The notes under the pieces were generated by a model. That model had not been told where the DNA came from. It made no database searches and saw nothing but the letters and a program-made list of their open reading frames with translations. A stretch of 64,000 bases of DNA. Origin: Pirellulales bacterium. GTDB taxonomy: Bacteria; Planctomycetota; Planctomycetia; Pirellulales; DATAWG01. Shown piece after piece: positions 1-9,847 of this stretch (positions are counted from its first letter, which is position 1; each line of letters starts with the position of its first letter). Location: positions 120,642 to 184,641 of the forward strand of contig CAVTYW010000006.1 of the NCBI GenBank assembly GCA_963738955.1, in the 5' to 3' direction. A program made the translations under genes and the position numbers.

Positions 1-231
1 GAAGAATTTCGCTGGGGGCGAATACGAGCTGCGTCCCGGTTTCATTCTCCGCTGGCACCGAGTTGAACGAGGCAAAGGGACGATGAGGGATTGATGGGCG
101 CGGAGATGGTCGCGAAGCGCGACCGTTGTCAATCAAACTTCGTCCATCTACACTGGCGAAGCAAAAGCGGCGATTGTGGTCGCGCCGCGGTGGCCGGTCC
201 TCGGCACCAGGAATCGAAAGAATCTCCGACT

Positions 232-1257
232 ATGACGATGAAGCTGACTCGGTTTTCCGGCAATCCGATTCTCTCGCCGCATCCCGGGCATCCGTGGGAG
301 GATTTGGCCGTGTTCAATCCGGCGGCCTGGTACGATGAGGAGCGCAAGGAAGTGCTGCTTCTGTACCGCACGGCTGAGTCGCATCCCGACTACAAGTGTT
401 ATTTCGGCCTGGCGACGAGCAAAGATGGCTACCATTTCGAGCGAGTGAGCGATCAGCCGGTGTTGAGCCCCAGCATCGAAGGGTTCGATGGGGCGACGAT
501 TCAAGATCCGCGCATCACCAAAATGGGCGAATGGTATTACGTGACCTACGCGGCGCGGCATTATCCGTTTGGGCAGTTCTGGATTCCGGAAGTGAAGCAG
601 CGATATGCGACGCCGGATTGTCCGCCGGAGTTTCCCAAATATCTGCGGACCAATGCCACGCTGACCGGTTTGGCGATGACCAAGGATTTTCGCACGTGGA
701 TTCGCGCCGGCTGGCTGACGAATCCGTTGCTCGACGATCGCGACGCGATTTTGTTCCCCGAGAAAGTGCGGGGGAAATTCGTGATGCTCCACCGGCCGCT
801 GGAATGGTGCGGCGAGAAATATGGCACGGAGCATCCTTGCGCATGGATCTCGATGGCCGACGATCTGATGGGCTTTCGCGAAAGCCGATTGCTGATCAAG
901 AACAAATACGAATGGGAGGCGGCCAAGCTCGGCGCGAATATCCCGCCGATCAAAACTCCGCACGGCTGGCTGACGATCTATCATGCCGTCGGCAAGGATA
1001 AATTCTATCGGCTTGGGGCGCTGCTATTGGACCTCGACGATCCGGGCATCGTGCTGCACCGCACGCCCGACTGGCTGATGGAGCCGGAAGAGGATTATGA
1101 AATCGAGGGATTTTACCGGGGGGTTTGTTTTCCGTGCGGGGCCGTCGTCATCGACGGGACGTTGTTTGTTTACTACGGCGGGGCCGACAAGTATTGCGCG
1201 CTGGCGACGTGCAATCTGCAGGAATTGGTCGAGCATTTGCTGAAATGCGCGGCGTGA
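232..1257 (+). CDS. GH130-family glycoside phosphorylase/hydrolase (beta-mannoside phosphorylase-like)
   Basis: Motifs NPIL..W E..AVFNPAA, QDPRITK, DRDAILFPEK, HRP, KLGA..PPIKT..GWL.IYH, VCFPCG, YYGGAD typical of the GH130 five-bladed propeller. Start placed at ATG 232; the ORF is open from 91. Confidence 0.88.
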   Translation: MTMKLTRFSGNPILSPHPGHPWEDLAVFNPAAWYDEERKEVLLLYRTAESHPDYKCYFGLATSKDGYHFERVSDQPVLSPSIEGFDGATIQDPRITKMGEWYYVTYAARHYPFGQFWIPEVKQRYATPDCPPEFPKYLRTNATLTGLAMTKDFRTWIRAGWLTNPLLDDRDAILFPEKVRGKFVMLHRPLEWCGEKYGTEHPCAWISMADDLMGFRESRLLIKNKYEWEAAKLGANIPPIKTPHGWLTIYHAVGKDKFYRLGALLLDLDDPGIVLHRTPDWLMEPEEDYEIEGFYRGVCFPCGAVVIDGTLFVYYGGADKYCALATCNLQELVEHLLKCAA

Positions 1258-1274
1258 GACGGCGCGATGGTCTT

Positions 1275-1337
1275 GTTGGAGTTCAGGCTTCAGCCGCCTG
1301 CTGGCCGCCGGAAGGCGCCTAAAGGCTGAACTCCAAC
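1275..1337. repeat. REP-like inverted pair, GTTGGAGTTCA family
   Basis: gttggagttcaggcttcagccgcct (1275-1299) and aggcgcctaaaggctgaactccaac (1313-1337). Same family at 8107-8158 and 14443-14495. Confidence 0.75.
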
Positions 1338-1377
1338 GTCCGCTGCCGCGCGGTTTTTTCGAAACGAATCGAGCATC

Positions 1378-3222
1378 ATGCATCCCGTCGATCTTACGAT
1401 CATCGTTCTGTATCTGATCCTGATGTGCCTGGTCGGATGGTGGTCGGCCAAAAAGGCGTCGAAAAACGCGGAGGCCTATTTTCTCGCCGGCAAGAGTCTT
1501 CCGTGGTGGATCATCGGCGTGGCGCATGGCTCGAGCGGCGTGGACATGACCGGCACCATGTGGTTCGTGATGATGTTTTTCATCTATGGGATGAAGGCCA
1601 CCTGGCTGCTGTGGGTCTGGCCGCTGTTCAGCGTCGTGTTTCGCATGATGTATTTGGGCACCTGGGTGCGGCGGTCGAATGTTCTCACCGGCGCCGAATG
1701 GATGCGAACCCGTTTCGGATACAGCGTCGGCGCCGAATTGGCGTATCTCAGCATCGTTGTTTACGCCTTGGTGCATGTGGTCGGATTCGTGAGCTACGGA
1801 TTCCAAGGCGTCGGCAAGTTCACCAAGCCGTTCTTCCCCTGGGATTTTCCGGACAAATGGTATGCCACGGGCATGCTGGTTGTGACCGGCGTCTATTGCG
1901 TCGTCGGCGGAATGTATAGCGTCGTGATGAACGACTTGATTCAGTTTGCGTTGAAGATGGTCGCGGCCATCGGCATCGCCGTGATTGCGATCGTTTTGAT
2001 CCGGCCCGATCAGATTACGGCCATGGTGCCCGCTGGGTGGGATCAACTTTTCTTCGGCTCGAAGTTGCACTTGGATTGGAAGCCCCTCCACATGGGGTTG
2101 CTTAACGAAAGGATTTACGGCGCCAACGGAGACGGATATTCGATGTTTAGGTTTTTCGCCGGCATGCTGTTCTTCAAGGGCGTGTTGGTGAGCATGGCTG
2201 GGCCGACGCCGAATTATGCGATTCAACATGTTCTTTCGACGCGCAGCCCGCGCGAGGCGGCGCTCGAGAACATGGTGATGACGATGGTCTCGCTGACGCC
2301 GCGGTTCTTGCTGATCGCGGCGATCGCGGTGCTGGGCATCGTGTTTTTCAGCGGCGACTTGCGCTCGATGGGCGCCGGCGTCGATTTCGAGAAGATTCTG
2401 CCGGGCGTGTTGCGATACCATGTGCCGGTCGGGCTCAAAGGTATTTTGATCGCGGCGCTGTTGGCGTCATTCATGAGCACGTTCGTTTCGACGGTCAATT
2501 CCGGCGCGGCGTACGTGGTGAACGATATCTACAAGCGTTACATCAATCCGAATGCGCCGCAGAAGCGGCAAGTGTGGCTCGGTTGGATCGCATCCAGCGG
2601 AATTATCGCGCTGGGCGTGGCGGTTGGATTTAGCGAAGCGAGCGTGACGTCGATCACGAAATGGATCGTGTCGGCGCTGATTCCGGCGTTCGTCGCGCCG
2701 AATGTGCTGAAGTGGCACTGGTGGCGATTCAACGGATTTGGGTTTTTCGCCGGCATGGTTGGTGGAACAGTTGCGGCGCTCATCATTCCGCAAATCGTTC
2801 CAGGAATCAGCGATGTGAATCTGTTCCTGCTGGTGCTGGCGATCAGCTTTCTGGCGTCGATGGTCGTTTGCTTGTTGACGAAGCCCGAGGACGACAAGGT
2901 GTTGATGAGTTTCTACCGCGGCGTGCGGCCGTGGGGATTCTGGGGGCCGATCTACGAAAAATGCCGGGCCGAAGAACCCGAGTTCCAGAAGAACCAAGAT
3001 TTCTGGCGGGACTGGTTCAACATCGTCGTCGGATTGGTTTGGCAAACCGGCCTGGTGACGGCGCCGATCTATCTGGTGCTGCAGCATTGGACGGAAATGT
3101 GGATTTCCGTGGGAGTGATCGCCGTGACGTCGACGATCTTGAAATTCACCTGGTACGATTATCTGGGCCCCGGCGAGATGTATTTGACGAGCCCGGACGG
3201 GATGAAAGACAGCTCAGGATGA
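1378..3222 (+). CDS. Sodium:solute symporter (SSS family)
   Basis: About 14 hydrophobic segments, YFLAGKSLPWW and LLASFMST..S.VNSGA motifs, C-terminal FYR.VRPWGFW. Confidence 0.9.
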   Translation: MHPVDLTIIVLYLILMCLVGWWSAKKASKNAEAYFLAGKSLPWWIIGVAHGSSGVDMTGTMWFVMMFFIYGMKATWLLWVWPLFSVVFRMMYLGTWVRRSNVLTGAEWMRTRFGYSVGAELAYLSIVVYALVHVVGFVSYGFQGVGKFTKPFFPWDFPDKWYATGMLVVTGVYCVVGGMYSVVMNDLIQFALKMVAAIGIAVIAIVLIRPDQITAMVPAGWDQLFFGSKLHLDWKPLHMGLLNERIYGANGDGYSMFRFFAGMLFFKGVLVSMAGPTPNYAIQHVLSTRSPREAALENMVMTMVSLTPRFLLIAAIAVLGIVFFSGDLRSMGAGVDFEKILPGVLRYHVPVGLKGILIAALLASFMSTFVSTVNSGAAYVVNDIYKRYINPNAPQKRQVWLGWIASSGIIALGVAVGFSEASVTSITKWIVSALIPAFVAPNVLKWHWWRFNGFGFFAGMVGGTVAALIIPQIVPGISDVNLFLLVLAISFLASMVVCLLTKPEDDKVLMSFYRGVRPWGFWGPIYEKCRAEEPEFQKNQDFWRDWFNIVVGLVWQTGLVTAPIYLVLQHWTEMWISVGVIAVTSTILKFTWYDYLGPGEMYLTSPDGMKDSSG

Positions 3223-4943
3223 TTGGCAAGTTGCATTTCCGCGCGTTCGATCGGCCGTCGGTTCTCGGCATCGTCGCATTGCTTTGCCTGTTTGGGCGGA
3301 CAACTCTTGCCGCGGATGCACCGCTCACTCCTGCGCAGGCGGCGATAAGGCTGGATCGCCAACATTCCGAACGATTGCTGGCGTATCTCGCCAAAAAATT
3401 CCCGCATGAAATCACGGCCGTATCCGCGGATGCAGATCGGATTCGGATCGAGGGGCGATTGGGAGCGGAAAAGAATCTCGGCGAACTGCGATTGGCCGAG
3501 GTTCCGATGTGGGACGACGTCACCGCGCTGAAAACTCCCGAAACGCTGCTACCAATCGACGTGCGGGAGCAAGGTCGCTTCGTGGTCAACGTCGATCGTC
3601 ATGCGGCCGGCAACCGGGATCGATTGCTCTCGGCATGGTGCGTCGTGCAAAAGTCGGGCGACGAATTCGTGCCGGCGTCCGCGCTGCATTATGTGGACAG
3701 CGAGAAGGCGCTGGCCGATTTGCCTGCGGCGAAACCGCGATCGATCAAAGGTCTCGGCGGCTGTCCGTTCGATTCGCCCGATATGCAGGAACTGGGGATC
3801 GCTTCCGTCACGCTCAATATCGTTCTCAACGACATCATCTACGCCGAGCCGGCCCCGGGACGCTCCACCTACGCATACGCGGGACGCACTTGGTACATCG
3901 CCGATAAAAACATCGCCAACTACGATCGATATATGAAAACGGCTGCCGATCATGGTTGGATGGTTTCGGCGATTATTCTCCTGCAGCCGGTCCGCAACGC
4001 CTCCAAGAACGCCTGGGTTCGCGACGCGGCCCATCCCGACGCCGATCCGAGCGGCGTCTATGTCATGCCGAATTTCACGACCCGCGCCGGCGTCGAAGCC
4101 TACGCGGCGGTAATGAATTTTCTGGCCGAGCGATACAGCCGGCCGGACGGAAAGTTCGGGCGCATCCACGATTGGATTCTGCACAACGAAATCAACAGCG
4201 GCTTCTACTGGACGACCGCCGGCGACAAAACGCTAATCACTTATCTGGACCTGTATCAGAAATCTTTGCGGTTGACGCTGTTGCTCGCCCGGCAATACGA
4301 TCCCCATGCCAAGCCGCTGATTTCGTTGGACCATTATTGGAGCAAGAACGCCGATGCGCGAGGATATCCGGCCCGCGAGTTGCTCGATCAACTCGTCAAT
4401 TTCAGCCAAAAGGAAGGCGATTTCGAATGGGGCATTGCGTTTCATCCGTATGCGCAAGATTTGTTCAATCCGCGAACGTGGGAAGATCGCGAGGTGACGT
4501 TCGATTTCAACACTCCGCTGATCACGTTCAAGAATATCGAAGTGCTCGACGCGTGGGCGCGGCAGCCGGGAGTTTGCTTCCAGGGGCGCGAGCCACGCGA
4601 GATTCAACTCACCGAGCAGGGACTGAACTCGCGCGACTACAGCGAAACGGCGCTGCGCGATCAAGCGGCCGGATTGGCCTACGCTTGGAAGAAAATCAAG
4701 CCGCTAAAGATGATCACGGCCTTTCAATATCATCTCTGGGCCGACAATCGCGGCGAAGGGGGCTTGCGCCTCGGCCTGCGAAAATTCGCGGATGATCCGC
4801 AAGACCCGCTCGGCAAGAAGCCGAGTTGGGATGTCTACCGGGCCCTCGGCACCGATCGGGAAGACGCGGCGACCGCGTTCGCCAAGCCGATTATTGGCGT
4901 CAAGGATTGGAGCGAAATTCTTCACCGAGGCGAAATCAAATAG
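3219..4943 (+). CDS. Secreted DUF5722-like, putative clan GH-A glycoside hydrolase
   Basis: ATG overlaps the symporter stop (ATGA). Signal peptide, then WILHNEIN, AFHPY and LTEQG motifs. Confidence 0.7.
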   Translation: MIGKLHFRAFDRPSVLGIVALLCLFGRTTLAADAPLTPAQAAIRLDRQHSERLLAYLAKKFPHEITAVSADADRIRIEGRLGAEKNLGELRLAEVPMWDDVTALKTPETLLPIDVREQGRFVVNVDRHAAGNRDRLLSAWCVVQKSGDEFVPASALHYVDSEKALADLPAAKPRSIKGLGGCPFDSPDMQELGIASVTLNIVLNDIIYAEPAPGRSTYAYAGRTWYIADKNIANYDRYMKTAADHGWMVSAIILLQPVRNASKNAWVRDAAHPDADPSGVYVMPNFTTRAGVEAYAAVMNFLAERYSRPDGKFGRIHDWILHNEINSGFYWTTAGDKTLITYLDLYQKSLRLTLLLARQYDPHAKPLISLDHYWSKNADARGYPARELLDQLVNFSQKEGDFEWGIAFHPYAQDLFNPRTWEDREVTFDFNTPLITFKNIEVLDAWARQPGVCFQGREPREIQLTEQGLNSRDYSETALRDQAAGLAYAWKKIKPLKMITAFQYHLWADNRGEGGLRLGLRKFADDPQDPLGKKPSWDVYRALGTDREDAATAFAKPIIGVKDWSEILHRGEIK

Positions 4944-5007
4944 ATTACGCCGTGGACAGTTCGTTGAAAGTTGGCAACAGCCGCTTGAGCGGCCAAGGGT
5001 TAGCCGC

Positions 5008-5658
5008 TTACATTCGCAGAATGTCGGCGAGCTTTTGAGCGACCATCGGGCCGCCCAAGGCGAGAGCCTGGCCGATGGGCCAGGCGAGCATCAGGATTCC
5101 GACAGTCGTCAGCGCGTAGCCGCGGCGGCGATCGGGAGATTCGATGTTTTGTAGCGCGGCGGACAGTTCGGTTCGCAAGCGAGCCCAGCCGGTTTCGCTT
5201 TGCCGAGCGCCGATCGCCACCAGCGAGACGGTTCGCATCGCGGCATATTCTTCCAAGTGGAGCTGAACGCCCAAGTTCTCCAAGGCCAGGCTGTCGCCGG
5301 CCCATTGCGGGTGGCTATCGAGCCGAGCGGCAATTTCCGCCAAGATCGGCCGCAGGCGGTCGGACGCGATATTCAAAACCACGAGCCTGGGCCGCGCCAA
5401 AAGGTTCCAGAGCGTCACCAGCAGGCTGTAGCAGAGCAACAGCATCATCCAGACATATTGGCCCGGCAGCGGCAACGCGGCCGGCAGGAAGAATTCCATC
5501 GGTCCGACAATCGCCATTCCCACGACGGCCGCAGCCAGCAGCGAGACATCCGCCGAACCGGTCAAGACGACCGGCCGACGTCGCCAATGGACGATCCCCA
5601 GGCCGATCAAGTACAGCCCCAGGGGAGCGAAGGCCAGAAGCAGGTGGACTGGGTCCAT
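5008..5658 (-). CDS. Hypothetical membrane protein
   Basis: 216-aa ORF with about 4 TM segments, co-oriented with the upstream peptidase. Confidence 0.7.
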   Translation of the reverse strand: MDPVHLLLAFAPLGLYLIGLGIVHWRRRPVVLTGSADVSLLAAAVVGMAIVGPMEFFLPAALPLPGQYVWMMLLLCYSLLVTLWNLLARPRLVVLNIASDRLRPILAEIAARLDSHPQWAGDSLALENLGVQLHLEEYAAMRTVSLVAIGARQSETGWARLRTELSAALQNIESPDRRRGYALTTVGILMLAWPIGQALALGGPMVAQKLADILRM

Positions 5659-5748
5659 GATGGAGTGAATGACGAATTTCTAATGACGAATGACTAATCC
5701 ACAAAGCACGCGTTTAGTCATTCGTGGTTCGCCGTTGTCATTTCCTAT

Positions 5749-6790
5749 CTATTTGGCCTGCTTCAGCCATTCTTGCATCACCCAGCCGACTTTGGCCAGC
5801 GACAGGGCCGAGCAGTGCTCCGGCGTGTCCTGCTCCGTATGCCAATAGGGGAGATAGGCGACAAAGCTGATTACGTCGCAGCAAGGGATTTTTCCGATAT
5901 CGTGGATTCGCAGGTGGTCGTCGAGGATGTTTTCCGTGCGATGCGGAACGAACTCATGCACTTTCAGTTTGTCGGCTACGCCCCAAATCTGTTCGATCAA
6001 CGGCCGAGTGTCTTTCCACGACCAGCTATTTTGCTCCTCGCCGATGCGCATTTCCGCTCCGCCGACCATGTCGAGCAACACGCACCAGCGGTATTTGTAC
6101 GGCGGCGGCTGGCTGGCATAGTCGCGCGAAATACTCGGCCCCCAGAAACATCGGATCGCTTGTGCCCCCGAAAAGCCCCCGATCGGCCCGCTTGAAGACG
6201 AATTCCTCGCCGTCGAGCAAGATGAAATCGACGCCGAACTGCGAATTGAGCGTCGGCATCGACTTTGCCAATTCCATCAGAATTGCCACGCCGCTGCCGC
6301 CGTCGTTCGCCCCGATGAAAACGCCCTTCGGATGCCGCTTGTCTTCGTCCGGGAACGGCCGGGTGTCGTAATGGGCGGCCAGCAGAATCCGCTCCTTACG
6401 TTCCGGATGCCAGGTGACGATCATATTGGCCATCGGCACGGGACTGCCATCCAAAGGGTTCCGAGCCCGGAATTCCTGCATCCGCACATCCCCGCCAAGC
6501 TTCTTGAAATGGTTGGAGAGCAGTTTTTGCTGGGCGACCATTCCGGCCGAGCCGCTGGGCCGCGGCCCGATCGCGCAAATTTGTTTGAGATACTCGTAGG
6601 TCTCGGCGCCGTTGAAAGGAATATCTTCCAGCTTGAGCTTCGGTGCCCCAGCTTCAGTGGCTGTTCCGCCATCGTGAACCAACAGAAAGCCGCCGACCAG
6701 CGCGGCAGCGCCGGCGACGGCGCAAACAAACAGCGTTTGGCTCGTTAGCCCGCGCATGACCAGTCCCCCCAAGCGTCTTAAAGTGTTCAT
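5749..6790 (-). CDS. M28-family metallopeptidase / glutaminyl cyclase-like (frameshift near 6120)
   Basis: AHYDTRP, GANDGGSGVA and DGEE in ORF 6026-6790; LLDMVG, DDH and YWHT..DT in ORF 5749-6081. Confidence 0.85.
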
Positions 6791-7227
6791 CCCCTTATTC
6801 TATTTCAAACGCGGGATTGCAAAAAGACGAGCTTGGCCACTTTTCGGGGCAAATCCCGTTCGGCAGCGTTACCGCTAGCGAATGGGAATGGTGATCGGAA
6901 TTAGCGTGACGGGCAGCGTCCAGGTGGACACTGATGTTTAGCGGTCGCTTTCCGCGCCGCGCGTTCGTCGCTCGTGCCGACACGCACGCTCAATCCCGCG
7001 TTCCACTTTAAGCGATCTTAACACGAACAACGGCCGATCAACGAGTGTTCAAGGCGCGCCGCTTGGGCATCCGAAAGATGAAATACCTCGACGAGCGACC
7101 GCGACATTCTTCGGCCGGAAATCGCCCGGCGGCCGGCAACCGCCACGCGTCAAGCTGCATCGAAAGTTCCGGACGAGCCATCCGGACTCCCCGCCTCACT
7201 TCACTTCCACACCACTGGTTCGCGTGC

Positions 7228-8015
7228 ATGATTGCGGCCCTCTTTGGGAACACGTGCAGTTGGCCGCAGACCAGCGGGTATTATTGGCAGCAATCTCGGC
7301 GACCGCTCACTTGCCTGGCGTTCGTGGCGCCGCTGCTGGTCCTCTACGAAGGTGGCATTTTGTGGCTCGGCCCGCAGGCCATGCGCAACGGAGCCGACGT
7401 TTGGCTCCGCCAATTGCTCGATCTGATGGGCTTCGGCCAATATTTTCTGCTGCCGCTGTTGACCGTGGCGATTTTGCTTGGCTGGCACCATACGACCGCG
7501 CAGAAATGGCAAGTTGTGCCGGGCGTACTGTACGCGATGTTCGCCGAATGCCTGATGTTGGGATTGGTGCTGGTGGTAATTGCCCGGCTGCAGGCGCGCT
7601 GCTCTCGATGTTTCTGCCGGCACAAACCGATTGGCCGGTGCAGGCGTCGATCAGTGCGGCGATCGGCGCAACCGGCAAAGTCATCGCTTTCTTTGGCGCA
7701 GGCATTTATGAGGAAGTGCTGTTTCGTTTGACGCTGCTGCCGCTTGCCGTGTGGGGATTACGGCTGGCCGGATGCGGCCCGCGGCAGGCGCTGGTCGGAG
7801 CGATCGTGGCCACGAGCCTGCTATTCTCTGCGGCGCATTACGTCGGCCCGCTGGGGCAACCGCTCGACATTTCGACATTTCTATTCCGATCGGTCGCGGG
7901 CGGATTCTTCGCCGTGCTGTTCGTCTACCGCGGGTTCGGCATCGCCGCCGGCACGCACGCGCTGTACGACATTCTTGTCGGCCTACTGTTGCACGGCATC
8001 GTCGGCGCGATGTAG
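7228..8015 (+). CDS. CPBP (CAAX/Abi) intramembrane metalloprotease (frameshift near 7595, start uncertain)
   Basis: EEVLFR, FSAAHY and H.LYD motifs with multiple TM segments; split between ORFs 7045-7731 and 7224-8015. Confidence 0.8.
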
Positions 8016-8034
8016 CCTCGTTTTGCATGCGGCT

Positions 8035-8158
8035 GTAGGGAACGCCCTCCGTGGCGGTCCGAGCGCACGAAATCGCTCGGCACTGCGCGACGAATGCGCG
8101 GCGAAAGTTGAAATCCAGCCTTCACGCGCCGGCCGCACGCTAAAGCGCGAACTCCAAC
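8035..8158. repeat. Composite REP cluster (GTAG-type REP plus GTTGGAG-type pair)
   Basis: gtagggaacgccctccgtggcggtccg at 8035-8061; cacgctaaagcgcgaactccaac at 8136-8158 with a degenerate partner at 8107. Confidence 0.7.
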
Positions 8159-8357
8159 ATTCCTCCGCCAGCTCGCGTCTGTGAATCATGCCGAGCGGCG
8201 TGTGTCAAGACGACTCCGCAATAATTCTCGCGGCTTGGCGGTGCGGTAAAAAATCTCCCTTTGTCGGTGCGAAGTTTTGGCTTAGAATCAATCGACAGTG
8301 GCAGGCGATTCAACTCATCCGCCGATCAAGCCGTTCGCAATTAAGGAATTAACCGCC

Positions 8358-8898
8358 GTGTTGTCCGTACGACCGAAAGTCGCCGAGTTGCTGTTCCACG
8401 TCTATGGACGCGCGTTGCACCCGGAGTTGTTCGAAGTTCATTCCACGCGGACCGTGCAACGCGGCGGCTACGAGGCGACGATCAATATCACCAGCGCCGG
8501 GCACGTCGTCGCTTGGCGCGTATCAGGGCATCACGCTGACGGAAGTCGCCGCCAGCGCCCATCACCCCTTGCCGCTCAAGCGCCGGCTGCTTTCCTATCT
8601 GCTCAAAGGGGAACGAAACGATCGGGTCGAATGCCGCGGCGGGGTTCGCTATCAGATGAATTTTCAACTGGAAGCGGTCGATCCGCAGTTGTTCTGGACG
8701 TTTCAGCAGGAGCTAGCTCTCGACGGCCAGCATCAGGGAATGCTCCACCGCTTCGACTCCAGCGGTCGAATGGCCTTGGGCGCGCTGAGCTACATCAACG
8801 TGGAAACCCGCAACCGCAGCCTTCTCGTGCAAGCGTTTCACACGTTTCCCGACGACTACGCGATTGTGAAGAGCCAATCGCTGTTCGAGATTCCGTAG
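8358..8898 (+). CDS. DUF2617-like protein (frameshift near 8520)
   Basis: GTG after AAGGA. VLSVRPKVAELLF..YGRALHPELF joins ...QAFHTFPDDYAIVKSQSLFE in a second frame. Confidence 0.7.
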
Positions 8899-8929
8899 CG
8901 GCGACTAACTCACGCTCGGCTCAATTGCC

Positions 8930-9775
8930 CTACGCCCAACCGGACTTTTCGCGCAGAAACGTTTCCAAAGCGGCGTTGAACGCGGCTGGATTTTCCAACG
9001 GGCTCATGTGGCCGGCGCCCGGAATCACGACGAATTCCGCGCCGGGAATCCGTTCGGCGATGCCGCGCATTTCCTCGACGGGCGAAATCACGTCGTGCTC
9101 GCCGACGACGACTAGCGACGGCACTCGGATGTCTGTCAGCGACGGCGTCATGTCCGGCCGGCCGGCCATTGCTCCGAGCGCCGCGGCGACGCCGGCCGGT
9201 GATGCCCGTTCGATCGCGGCCGCCGTATCAGCTATGCACGGCAATCGCTTGGCCACCGTTTCCGGGCCGAAAAACTTGGGCATCATCGCCGCTTTGACCG
9301 GTTCGATTCCTTCGGCCAGAACTCGCTTCGTCAATTCCATCCGGCCAGCGGCAGCCTGCGGCGTGTCGGCAATCGAACGTGTGTCGCAAACCAAGAGCGC
9401 GGCAAGTCGAGAGGCATATCTCGCACAGAATTGCCAGGCGATATAGCCCCCCATCGACAGGCCGCAAAACACGATCGGCCGATCGATCTCCAACCGGTCG
9501 AGCAGAGCATTCAAATTGTCGGCGTAAGTGACCATCGAAACGGGCGAGCCCGTGGCAATTGAACTATCGCCGAAGCCACGCAGATCGGGCGCGATCACAC
9601 GGCCGTGCGAGCCAAAATAATCGATCTGCGGTTGCCACATCGTGTGGTCCAGCGGAAAGCCGTGGACCAGAAGCAGTGCGGGTTCGCTTTGGGAGCGACT
9701 GGCGTCGCAGACTTCCACGGCTAGCCGGACGTCGCCAAGAGAGACTGTTTTCACGCTGCCCGGGGTCTGGCTCAT
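8930..9775 (-). CDS. Alpha/beta fold hydrolase
   Basis: HGFP, PDLRGFG, nucleophile elbow GLSMGG, GEHD and AGH motifs. Confidence 0.9.
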   Translation of the reverse strand: MSQTPGSVKTVSLGDVRLAVEVCDASRSQSEPALLLVHGFPLDHTMWQPQIDYFGSHGRVIAPDLRGFGDSSIATGSPVSMVTYADNLNALLDRLEIDRPIVFCGLSMGGYIAWQFCARYASRLAALLVCDTRSIADTPQAAAGRMELTKRVLAEGIEPVKAAMMPKFFGPETVAKRLPCIADTAAAIERASPAGVAAALGAMAGRPDMTPSLTDIRVPSLVVVGEHDVISPVEEMRGIAERIPGAEFVVIPGAGHMSPLENPAAFNAALETFLREKSGWA

Positions 9776-9847
9776 TTTTCGGCCCGTGACGGCATGAATT
9801 GCTAGAAGTCCCGACGCCAAAAAATATGCCTGCCCCCTTCGGCGCCG

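Noticed and set aside
1024..2421. Long antisense or alternate-frame ORFs (e.g. 1024-2421, 42286-43710, 22572-23672)
   Set aside because: Shadows of high-GC genes on the opposite strand with no recognisable motifs.
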